Below the pieces are notes generated by a model. The model was not told where the DNA came from. It did not search any database and worked only from the letters and a program-made list of their open reading frames with translations. Shown here piece after piece: positions 9,829 through 18,130 of a DNA stretch of 41,838 bases (positions are counted from its first letter, which is position 1; every line of letters starts with the position of its first letter). Source of the DNA: an uncultured Syntrophomonadaceae bacterium (GTDB lineage: Bacteria > Bacillota > Dethiobacteria > DTU022); contig CAYFRE010000005.1 of NCBI GenBank assembly GCA_964345455.1, positions 1,330 through 43,167 of the forward strand, written 5' to 3'. Position numbers and translations under genes: made by a program.

Positions 9829-10659
9829 CTACTTCACAAGAGCTTGAAACAGCATCGTCGCCACACCGATCTGCAAAGGATCGTGAATAAGCCTCTCTGA
9901 AACCTTCCGCGCAGCATCGGGGTCCAACCCCAAAGGTATACCCGGCGCGGCGATCAGCGTCTTTTCATCAACCTGTTCACCGGTTACAAAATGCCGCCCC
10001 GGAGAGGCATCAAAGAGAATTGAACACCTTCCCAACGCTTCATTCAAGCTAAAACCGGCTCTGACCGGGAAGCTGCTTCTTGATTCCATGCTCCGGGCCA
10101 GGTTGGACTCCTTTTTTTTATTGATATCAAATATCACCAGATGGGCGCCTAATTCAGTTAGAGCAATTGCCGCAGCGGCGCCAACCTGGCCGGCGCCGAT
10201 CAGCAAAACATCTTTATTGTGCAAACTGCCGGCCATTCTATCCAAAGCAACTGCATATCCTTGAGCTGTTGCCGCGGCATTATCAACAATTTTGCGTGAC
10301 ACAAGGTTTATCGCGGCAAAACAATGGTCATCGGCAAGCATGACCACATGTGCATCTCTGCTATAGGCCTCGGTCAACCCGCGAACATCTGTAGACCCGG
10401 TGATAAAGGATTGACCGCCAAGATGATCAACAATCGCCACAACCGATTCAGAGAAGCCTTTGATTAAACCCTTCCCGGAGGTAACCGGGATAATGGCGAC
10501 CTTGCAGTCAGCCAGGCAATTTTTACTTAAATCATACCCGGCTGCAGCGGCGCCAATCTGGCCTAAAGAGAAGCCTGTTTTTTTGATCAGATCGCGATCA
10601 TAGCTGATTACTGAGTAAGCAATATCTACGATGTCATTGTCAGTTAATCTGGTCATCAT
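9829..10659 (-). CDS. pylD: pyrrolysine biosynthesis dehydrogenase PylD
   Basis: 276 aa with a Rossmann motif (LLIGAGQVGAAAA) and IPVTSGKG, occupying the position of PylD in the cassette. The gene ends in TAG. Confidence 0.85.
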   Translation of the reverse strand: MMTRLTDNDIVDIAYSVISYDRDLIKKTGFSLGQIGAAAAGYDLSKNCLADCKVAIIPVTSGKGLIKGFSESVVAIVDHLGGQSFITGSTDVRGLTEAYSRDAHVVMLADDHCFAAINLVSRKIVDNAAATAQGYAVALDRMAGSLHNKDVLLIGAGQVGAAAAIALTELGAHLVIFDINKKKESNLARSMESRSSFPVRAGFSLNEALGRCSILFDASPGRHFVTGEQVDEKTLIAAPGIPLGLDPDAARKVSERLIHDPLQIGVATMLFQALVK

Positions 10660-10719
10660 ACTCTCCCCCTGCCCAGAATTCCCACGTTGTTACCCACACC
10701 ACGATAACAAAAGCGTTAC

Positions 10720-11933
10720 TTAAATATAGATCCTTCGAGCGCTGCCCTCAGGATGACAAAGAAGGGGGGTTTTCACAGCTGCCGGAGAGGAGTCGAAGCA
10801 ATAATCAAGATTCTTCTTTTTTCTAATATTGTCGACAACCGCCTCCATTTTCTTTTTAGCCTGTTCACGATCCTTTGCGGTAACAATTAATGTAGCGGCC
10901 CAGTGTTTTTTGCCGGGACAATAATTTGTTAAAGCCTCTTCAGCCCCGAAAAAGCCTTCGTGAAAGGATAAGGGGCCTGCCGGGGAAATAATATGTTCTC
11001 CTGAAACTTCAAGTTTTTCCGGAGAGACCTTAATATGTTCATATATAACCGCTTGCTGCTTTTTATTAAACAGATTCCCGGGCCGGGTTCCCCGAACAAA
11101 GCAATCTGCCAGCACCTCCAGCAAATTAACCCCTGTCGAGTGATACACTACAGTAGGCGTTTGACTCGGCAACCTGGCGTCAATCTCCAACACTTTTAAC
11201 TTATGATCATGAAGAATTACCTCAACATCCATAATGCCCTTCAATTTTAAAGACCGGCAATCGTTAAAGCGATTCTCTCAAGCTGTTTTTGCTGAACTAT
11301 GGATAGATTGGCCGGGGCAATGACGCGCTTGCAATCATACCCCGGATCCATTTCAAGCTCGGTTACCTGGAAAGCGCTGTATTCATGTTCATAGCCGATT
11401 ACCTCTATGGAATAGGAGGGGCCCTCCAGATATTCCTGAATCACCCATCGCTCTGCGCCCGGCCCGGTTTTCTCCTTGAGCGCTCTGAGCTCGATCTCAT
11501 TTTGAATCCGCGCGATACCTGCACTGCCGCTGGAGTTATCCGGTTTCGCAATAACCGGAAACCCGCATTCCGGCCAAAGCGCAGGTACCGGCAGGCCAAT
11601 TTCCATAAATAATCTATCGGAGACGGTTTTTGAAGATGATACTGTATATGCCTGCAGGTCTAAAGCAATCGGCGTTTTTGTCTTTTCTGCCGTTTCGGCT
11701 AAAATGCTTAAGCATTCCCGGTTTTCCAGTGCAGGAATAATAAAATCTATCCCCTCCAAAGCCCGGGTTGTCTTCTCTGTTTCGTTTACGTTCAAACAAT
11801 AAAATCGATCACAGATCCCCCGCGCCGGAACTTGCGGCTCTTTATCGATGAGAAGAACATGCCAGCCGGCTTTCTTCGCCAGGTAAGCCGCTTCTAATCC
11901 CTGTAACTTTCCGCCCACAACAGCCACCCGCAT
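10720..11933 (-). pseudogene. pylC: pyrrolysine biosynthesis ligase PylC, interrupted by a 1-nt frameshift
   Basis: Two track ORFs (11247..11933 and 10720..11244) together cover an ATP-grasp PylC. The N part begins MRVAVVGGKLQGLEAAYLAKKAG. The C part begins LKGIMDVEV...EIDARLPSQTPTVVY. The break falls in the minus-strand CTTTAAAATTG, where the upstream frame hits TAA at 11247-11249. Confidence 0.8.
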
Positions 11934-11966
11934 TTTATCCTTCTCCTTTTTTGGCGACTCTTTCTT

Positions 11967-13091
11967 CTACCAGGAAGTCCGGATATGTTCAAGGCCTCTT
12001 TTTGCCTCGGCAACCCAATCAATAAAGGATTGTTTTTTAGCCGGCTGCAATCCACACTGCTCCAAAACAGGCAATACCCCGTCTACTGTCCTGCTGCCTT
12101 TTTCAATATCCAGGGTGCTTTGGGAAACCCCCAACAGGCCGGTGTGAGGCGGTATAATCGAGGTGATCACGTTTGCTCCGGCATTCAGTCTCTGTTTTAA
12201 TCCGGAAATACCATCAACATCAAGAGATGCCGGAATTAGTTTGTCGGGAAACATTATGCGCATTATGGCAATAATCAGGAGCTCGCGCAAATGAGATGGT
12301 GACTGCCAATGCTCCAGGGGTGTTCCTTTTTGCGGCACAAAGCTCATCACTCTAACCTGCTCTGCGCCCAGTTGGTTCATCACATTCAAGGAATCATAAA
12401 TATCTTTTGCCGACTCGCCGATTCCGGCCAGTAAACCCTCTTCAATCAAAAAACCCATCCGGCGGGCATCTATTTTGATCTCCAGCCTCTCACTATAACT
12501 TTGTAATAGCCTCAATTGAGCGAAGAGAGTATAATTATGGGTTTCCTGGTAGCATGCGAACCAGTCTACCCCGATACTCTTGAATTCCATTAAAACATCT
12601 CGCGGAACAACACCCGGGGAGATCATCAGGGGCAATTGGGTAACGCCTTTTACTGTTTCAACGACGTCTAACAGCTCATCAAACAGACCGGCTGAAAAAT
12701 ACTTTGGGTCTTCACCCATGGTCAGGTCAAGCAGGTGCACCCCCGACGACGCCAGTTGGTGAGCCGTTTCCACAATTTCTGTTTTTGATTTTCGATACCG
12801 TTCACTAACGTTATTTGATCGCCTGTAGAAGCAAAAGGTGCAATCATTCCGGCAATATGTGGAAAAATAAATAAATCCGTATAAGAATACCTGCCCGCCA
12901 AAGTGCCTTCGCCTCAATTCCCTGGCAACACTAAATAGCTTTTCAATGTCTGATTCGTCTTTCAGGTTAAGCAGGTAAGCGATCTCTTCTTCAACGAGAA
13001 ATGCACCGCTGGATGCCTTAGAAAGTAGATTGTCCAGATTGATATGTTTGGAATCTATCATAATGTCCACCTTTGGAAACATATTAGCCAC
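11967..13091 (-). CDS. pylB: radical-SAM lysine mutase PylB (3-methylornithine synthase)
   Basis: 374 aa with the CRNDCTFCFY radical-SAM cluster motif and strong similarity to archaeal PylB (FIYFSTYC.N.C.FC; MISPG; RVM.F.PQ.GTPLE; LIPASLD..GI.G...RLNAGAN). The start is uncertain: GTG 13091, ATG 13082 or ATG ~13061. The gene ends in TAG. Confidence 0.9.
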   Translation of the reverse strand: MANMFPKVDIMIDSKHINLDNLLSKASSGAFLVEEEIAYLLNLKDESDIEKLFSVARELRRRHFGGQVFLYGFIYFSTYCRNDCTFCFYRRSNNVSERYRKSKTEIVETAHQLASSGVHLLDLTMGEDPKYFSAGLFDELLDVVETVKGVTQLPLMISPGVVPRDVLMEFKSIGVDWFACYQETHNYTLFAQLRLLQSYSERLEIKIDARRMGFLIEEGLLAGIGESAKDIYDSLNVMNQLGAEQVRVMSFVPQKGTPLEHWQSPSHLRELLIIAIMRIMFPDKLIPASLDVDGISGLKQRLNAGANVITSIIPPHTGLLGVSQSTLDIEKGSRTVDGVLPVLEQCGLQPAKKQSFIDWVAEAKRGLEHIRTSW

Positions 13092-13121
13092 CCTGCTTCC
13101 GGATCGCCTGGCCTATCCATG

Positions 13122-13955
13122 CTATATATTCAGGCGAACCCCACCCAGGTAAGTCAGGCTTCTTCCGATTTTTTGGATATTGTAAAGCCCTTCCCTGGTT
13201 ATAACCAGCCGTTCCAGGCCAAAACCAATCCCCACCCAGGGGTCGGTAACCCCCCATTCCCGATCCAGGAAGTGGGGGCCCATGGCCCCGGATCCCAACT
13301 CTATAGTTGACATAACATCTATAGATTCTCCGTAAACTACCGATTTCTCTACTTCCAGCTGATAATCGGTGATCCCAACCGTATCCATCACCAGCGCCGC
13401 CAGTTCCTTTATCCGGTCGGGACATTGTTCTTCCGGCAGACCCATCTCCACAAGGTTAAGCATGGTAAACTCATTCATATGGTAAGGGCCCCGGGTGTCT
13501 TTGCGAAAACAGGGGCCGATTTCAAATATTCTAACCGGTTTCTCCCAGAGACGTGCCAGCTCTTTCATAAGATAGTAAAGATTCGGGGCCAGCATCGGGC
13601 GAAGGCATTTTTTGGAGTCAACCCAATATACCTGTGAAAAGAGGGGATGATTTTCTGTAATTAACATTTTGGCCAGCAAGCCCCTGGATAACAATAGAGG
13701 GGTAGATACTTGAACAAAGCCATGCGCAGTTAATGCTTCAGCCAGTATATTCTCTAATTCAACCAGAGACGGTCTTTTCTTAGACTTTTGATACTCAGAC
13801 AAACAGTCTTTACCCTTTCGCACAAGTTGCTGTTCTATCTGCTGGTAAGTCTTGTTACGCTCCTGGATGCTTTTGAAAGAGAGCCCCAGCTGCGCCTCAG
13901 ACGCATTCAATTCCTGCAGCCTCTGTTTTTGAACCGATGTCCAATTAATATCCAT
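13122..13955 (-). CDS. pylS: pyrrolysyl-tRNA synthetase catalytic domain protein PylSc
   Basis: 277 aa, a class II aaRS core very similar to the Desulfitobacterium-type PylSc as I recall it (QRL.ELNAS..QL; CLRPMLAPNLY; IFEIGPCFRK; EFTMLN; ELGSGAMGPHFLD..W...DPWVGIGFGLERL). The gene ends in TAG. Confidence 0.92.
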   Translation of the reverse strand: MDINWTSVQKQRLQELNASEAQLGLSFKSIQERNKTYQQIEQQLVRKGKDCLSEYQKSKKRPSLVELENILAEALTAHGFVQVSTPLLLSRGLLAKMLITENHPLFSQVYWVDSKKCLRPMLAPNLYYLMKELARLWEKPVRIFEIGPCFRKDTRGPYHMNEFTMLNLVEMGLPEEQCPDRIKELAALVMDTVGITDYQLEVEKSVVYGESIDVMSTIELGSGAMGPHFLDREWGVTDPWVGIGFGLERLVITREGLYNIQKIGRSLTYLGGVRLNI

Positions 13956-14003
13956 GATCTCTCCGTGTCATCTTATCTGTAATTTGGTTTTATGGATAAA
14001 GTC

Positions 14004-14075
14004 TGGCGGGGAGTCCGGGAGTTTCACCCGGCTATACAGATTTAGAGTCTGCATGATCCTTCCGATCCACCCCCC
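14004..14075 (-). tRNA. pylT: tRNA-Pyl (anticodon CUA)
   Basis: The 72-nt minus-strand sequence is GGGGGGTGGATCGGAAGGATCATGCAGACTCTAAATCTGTATAGCCGGGTGAAACTCCCGGACTCCCCGCCA. By hand it folds into a 7-bp acceptor stem, one linker nt, a 4-bp D stem with a 5-nt loop, a 6-bp anticodon stem, a CUCUAAA loop with the CUA anticodon, a 3-nt variable loop, a 5-bp T stem, discriminator G and an encoded CCA. These are the tRNA-Pyl hallmarks. It lies directly upstream of pylSc. Confidence 0.93.
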
Positions 14076-14155
14076 GCGTTTAACGAAGGTTTAACTTATT
14101 TCGCCCAAGTAATAACAGAACCCTTTAAGGAGTTATTATTTAGACAAAAACAGCT

Positions 14156-15517
14156 TTAGCCCCTTTCTTCGGATGCCTTAACAATGGCCAGGCCAAGAGT
14201 CTCCACAATTCTATCGATCTCTTCTCCGGTAATCACCAGTGGCGGTGAAAGCTGTAGAATGTCTCCTGCCAAAGGCCGGGTGATCAGGCCTTCTTCATAG
14301 GCAATTTCTACAACTCTCGGTGCCAGCGGGACAGGGAATTTCTCACGGGTTTTGCAGTCTTTAACCAGATCTACGCCAACCATTAAACCCATGCCCCTCA
14401 CTTCACCAATGGTTTTCAGGTTCAGGCAGCGCAGCCCTTCCTGAAGGCGCTGCCCCATGATAGCGGCCCGGCCATGAAGGTTTTCTCTTTCAATGATTTC
14501 TATGTTTTTTAAGCCGACCTGGCAGGCCAGGGGATGACCGCTGTATGTATAACCGTGGAAGAACCGGTCGCGGCTTTTCAAAACCTGGAATATTTCATCT
14601 GAAAAAACAGCAGCCCCCAGCGGCACATAGCCGCTGGTGATCCCTTTGGCAAGTGTCATAATGTCCGGAACGGCACCTTCCCAGTGCTCGATGCCGAACA
14701 TGGTCTCTCCTGTACGCCCAAACCCATTAATCACTTCGTCGGCAATAAAGATGACTTGATTGTGATTACATATTTCGCGGATTTTTTGATAATATCCCGG
14801 TGGCGGCACTATAACTCCGCCGGTGCCCAAAACAGGTTCGGCAATGAATGCCGCCACGTTTTCTGCCCCCAGAGAGCTGATTTTTTGCTCGAGGGCCAAC
14901 GCGCATTCCAGATCACACTGAGGGTACTCCTTGCCCCAGGTGCAATAATAACAATAGGGAGGGGCAATACTTTCAAAACCGGGCAGTAATGGAGAGAATC
15001 CCTCGTGAAACCCGGGCAACCTCGTGGCCATGACTGCTCCGCAGCTAACCCCATGATAAGCCTTATCACGGGTAATGATAATATCCTTGCTGTCCATCTC
15101 TCTGGCGTGCCAATAAAAGCGCACTGCCCTGATGATCGTGTCATTGGCCTCAGAACCACTGGATGTAAAGAAGATTTTTGCCTCCGGAATAGGAACCATC
15201 GAAGCTACTTTCCCGGCAAGGCGAATCGCCGGAACATTGGCAAACTCATTGAAGCTGTGATAAGCCTCCAGATTAACAACCTGTTTCTCCATCACCCGGC
15301 CAATCTCATCCCGGCCATGACCTATAGCACAATACCAGAGCCCGGCAGTCGCGTCAATATATTCCTTGCCCGCTACATCAAAAACCCTGCTGCCCTTTCC
15401 CCGGTAAATTATTTTCGCTCCTTTTTCCTGAAGGGCTACAATACTCGAGGTGGGATGCAGGTAATAATCCTGGTCTGCCTTGATCAGTTCTGCAATCTCT
15501 GAAGATCCCAAAAACAT
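14156..15517 (-). CDS. class III (omega-type) pyridoxal-phosphate aminotransferase
   Basis: 453 aa with typical class III aminotransferase blocks (SGSEANDT, DEV..GFGRTG, TLAKG.TSGY). A strong AGGAGGG RBS precedes the start. Confidence 0.8.
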   Translation of the reverse strand: MFLGSSEIAELIKADQDYYLHPTSSIVALQEKGAKIIYRGKGSRVFDVAGKEYIDATAGLWYCAIGHGRDEIGRVMEKQVVNLEAYHSFNEFANVPAIRLAGKVASMVPIPEAKIFFTSSGSEANDTIIRAVRFYWHAREMDSKDIIITRDKAYHGVSCGAVMATRLPGFHEGFSPLLPGFESIAPPYCYYCTWGKEYPQCDLECALALEQKISSLGAENVAAFIAEPVLGTGGVIVPPPGYYQKIREICNHNQVIFIADEVINGFGRTGETMFGIEHWEGAVPDIMTLAKGITSGYVPLGAAVFSDEIFQVLKSRDRFFHGYTYSGHPLACQVGLKNIEIIERENLHGRAAIMGQRLQEGLRCLNLKTIGEVRGMGLMVGVDLVKDCKTREKFPVPLAPRVVEIAYEEGLITRPLAGDILQLSPPLVITGEEIDRIVETLGLAIVKASEERG

Positions 15518-15561
15518 GATGTCCCTCCTATACTGAAAATAAGATTCAATTTAATATATCA

Positions 15562-15576
15562 GCAAAAGTCATGCCA
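15562..15576 (-). promoter_or_regulatory. sigma-54 (-24/-12) promoter upstream of the aminotransferase gene
   Basis: The minus strand reads TGGCATGACTTTTGC with GG-N10-GC spacing. It lies ~45 nt upstream of the ATG at 15517. Confidence 0.7.
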
Positions 15577-15761
15577 TAAGAGATTAAGGCTGAGACACGT
15601 TTTTAACAGATCCGACAGCGTCACCGGGGAAAAAAGATTTTTTTATGCATCAATGCCAATGGAATATTGCATTATTTTTTTCTTGCATACATCCAATTAA
15701 AAAAAAACGAATGTCAACTGCTTGAAGCTACTCAACCTTATTGCTTTCCCTCCAGCAAACT

Positions 15762-17261
15762 TCATTGCCGGTTAGCCGGATTCAATTCACTTTCGAATTC
15801 ATTTATGATCCGCTTCATTTCTTGCACCGCTCCATCGGACAGAGGGTGCGGTATATGTTTTTCTAAAACAGCGCGGGCTTCTTCATAGGCCCGTTCTGAT
15901 GCCTCTTTTCCTCCACCTTTCTCCCAGGCGGAGCGGTTCCGGCGATCGAACACATTGGCCTGAGACTGCCCCCGCATATGTTTAAAGGTGTGCTCGCTGG
16001 TCAGAAACTCTCCCGCCGGGCCGGCTTCCCCGATAACTTCCAAAGCTATCTCTTCATCTATAATCGAGAAACCGCCGATAATCTTTTTAATATGGCGGAT
16101 CATCTCCACATCCATAACCAGCTTCGCAAAATCTATGGTCAGGCCCATCTCCAGAGCACCTGCGCCGTAGATCACGTTGGCGCCGGCAAGGGAACCGAGA
16201 AGGGCATTCATAACATATTCGTACCCAGCCTGGGCGTCAGGAAGCTTGCTGTCAGAGATCCCGCCTCCAACGAGGCTAGGCAGCCTGTAATACTGGGCCA
16301 ATTTTACGGCCCCCGTGCTTAACATTCCATGTTCCGGCGCTCCCACCGCGCCAACCATATATTTCAGGTCCATAATCGTGCTCATGGAGCAGTAAGTACA
16401 GGGAGTGCCTTTCCTGATCAGTTGGGCCAAAATGAGCACACTTAAAGTCTCAGCATTATGGCTCACCAGGGTTCCGGCAAGGGTAGCAGTTGAGGTTGCT
16501 CCTGCCAGAGCCATGGGGATAATGGCCAGCCCCAATCCCAAACGGGCCGTCTCCATGGCTATTTCACAGCATTCTTTCCCCAGCGTCAAAGGAGATGTGG
16601 GACAGACAAATATGGTTACATGAGGCCTGTTTTTGAAATTATCCTTGCCGCCCACTGATAATGCTGCCATCTCCGCCATCTTGCCCACATTCCGGCCCTG
16701 GTGGGCGCCGATGAGAATATGCTTCGCTGTATTCTGCATAATAATGTTCAGATTGTGAAGCGCCTGGGTGTCGGGCGGCTTCTCTGTTGACCCTAAAGGA
16801 CGCACCATTACACTGATCTCATCATAGTAATCGCAGAGACGACAAAAGAGCCCCAGGTCCTCGTTCCGTGATTTTCGGAGCCGGCGGCTGTAGGGATCAA
16901 TGACCTGGATACATTCGCCAAATGTACTGAAGCCGACCCTGTTAGGCTCCGCAACGTAATCGTATGCAGGCAATCTGCCGTAATATACTGTTTTGCGGGG
17001 AGCCCAGCGGAGGCAATCCTCGATCATATGAGATGGTATTTTTACATTGGCATACCCTTTTTGGCGATCCACCACCGCCCCGGCTTCACAGAACACCTTT
17101 ACAGCCTCTTCGCTTTCTACTTTAATCCCTGTAATCTGAAGTAGTTCCAGCGTGGCATAATGAATTGAATCCAGCTGGTCCTGTGACAGTGCCGTGAGCC
17201 TGAAGCCTTTTAAATGATCAATGCCGTTCCTGGTATTTCGTAACATTAGGTTCGCCCCCAA
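15762..17261 (-). CDS. MttB-superfamily methyltransferase without pyrrolysine (quaternary amine:corrinoid methyltransferase candidate, MtgB-like)
   Basis: Full-length uninterrupted ORF homologous to the mttB at 22883..24358. The Pyl position is occupied by Ile (VGGG-I-SDSKLPD versus VAGG-UAG-ADSKIPD). The start may be ATG 17246 rather than TTG 17261. Confidence 0.8.
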   Translation of the reverse strand: MGANLMLRNTRNGIDHLKGFRLTALSQDQLDSIHYATLELLQITGIKVESEEAVKVFCEAGAVVDRQKGYANVKIPSHMIEDCLRWAPRKTVYYGRLPAYDYVAEPNRVGFSTFGECIQVIDPYSRRLRKSRNEDLGLFCRLCDYYDEISVMVRPLGSTEKPPDTQALHNLNIIMQNTAKHILIGAHQGRNVGKMAEMAALSVGGKDNFKNRPHVTIFVCPTSPLTLGKECCEIAMETARLGLGLAIIPMALAGATSTATLAGTLVSHNAETLSVLILAQLIRKGTPCTYCSMSTIMDLKYMVGAVGAPEHGMLSTGAVKLAQYYRLPSLVGGGISDSKLPDAQAGYEYVMNALLGSLAGANVIYGAGALEMGLTIDFAKLVMDVEMIRHIKKIIGGFSIIDEEIALEVIGEAGPAGEFLTSEHTFKHMRGQSQANVFDRRNRSAWEKGGGKEASERAYEEARAVLEKHIPHPLSDGAVQEMKRIINEFESELNPANRQ

Positions 17262-17279
17262 ATATCATAAACCTTGACT

Positions 17280-18116
17280 TCATTCTTTCCGGTAATCCTG
17301 AATAAACTCTTCGATATATTCACTTGCAGGTGATGATAATATTTCATCGGAGGTGCCAATCTGCTCTATCTTCCCGTTCTTCAGCATGGCAATCCGGTCT
17401 CCTATCTTGAAGGCCTCTTTAAGGTCGTGAGTAATGAATATAATGGTCTTCTGGATACTCGATTGTAGCGACAGGAGTTCGGTATGCATGTTGCGCCTGA
17501 TTAGCGGGTCAAGCGCACTGAAGGGTTCATCCATCAAGAGTATATCCGGATCATTGGCCAAAGCGCGCGCCAGGCCTACCCGTTGCTTCATACCCCCGCT
17601 CAGCTCACTGGGATATTTATCCCCCCACCCTTCCAGGCCTACCCTCTCCAGGGCTGCACTGGCAGTTTTAATCCGCTGCTGTTTAGGGATGCCTCGAATC
17701 TCTAACCCCCACTCAACGTTACCGATAACTGATCTGTGGGAAAAGAGCCCAAATTGCTGGAAAACCATGCCGATTTTTAATTGCCGCAGATCCTTGAGCT
17801 GTTTTTTGTCGTAATCAACGATATTATCTCCATCAACATATATGTTGCCCGAGGTAGGCCTTGTGAGCAAGTTGATGCAGCGAACAATTGTAGATTTGCC
17901 GCTACCCGAAAGGCCCATGATTACAAACGTTTCACCCTCAAATACATCAAAGGATACATCATCTACGGCGACAACATGATCGGTATCTTGAAATATATCT
18001 TCTGCGCTTGATCCATTGATGCTCATCATTTTCCACATGGCATCCGGATCCGGCCCGAATATTTTTACCAGGTTTTCCACTCGCACCTTTGTCTTTTTCA
18101 AACGCTCACCTCCCAA
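17280..18116 (-). CDS. glycine betaine/proline betaine-type ABC transporter ATP-binding protein (OpuAA/ProV-like, no CBS tail)
   Basis: Walker A (GLSGSGKST), the ABC signature (LSGGMKQRV) and Walker B (LLMDEPFSALD) are present. The N-terminal region is ProV-like. At 278 aa it lacks the C-terminal CBS pair. Confidence 0.8.
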   Translation of the reverse strand: MGGERLKKTKVRVENLVKIFGPDPDAMWKMMSINGSSAEDIFQDTDHVVAVDDVSFDVFEGETFVIMGLSGSGKSTIVRCINLLTRPTSGNIYVDGDNIVDYDKKQLKDLRQLKIGMVFQQFGLFSHRSVIGNVEWGLEIRGIPKQQRIKTASAALERVGLEGWGDKYPSELSGGMKQRVGLARALANDPDILLMDEPFSALDPLIRRNMHTELLSLQSSIQKTIIFITHDLKEAFKIGDRIAMLKNGKIEQIGTSDEILSSPASEYIEEFIQDYRKE

Positions 18117-18130
18117 CTATTGATGCCTGC

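Noticed and set aside
9375-9900. Several 74-84-aa ORFs overlapping pylSn and pylD (9375..9599 -, 9396..9650 +, 9664..9900 +)
   Set aside because: They overlap the clearly homologous pylSn and pylD frames and have no motifs of their own. They are AT-rich-region chance ORFs.
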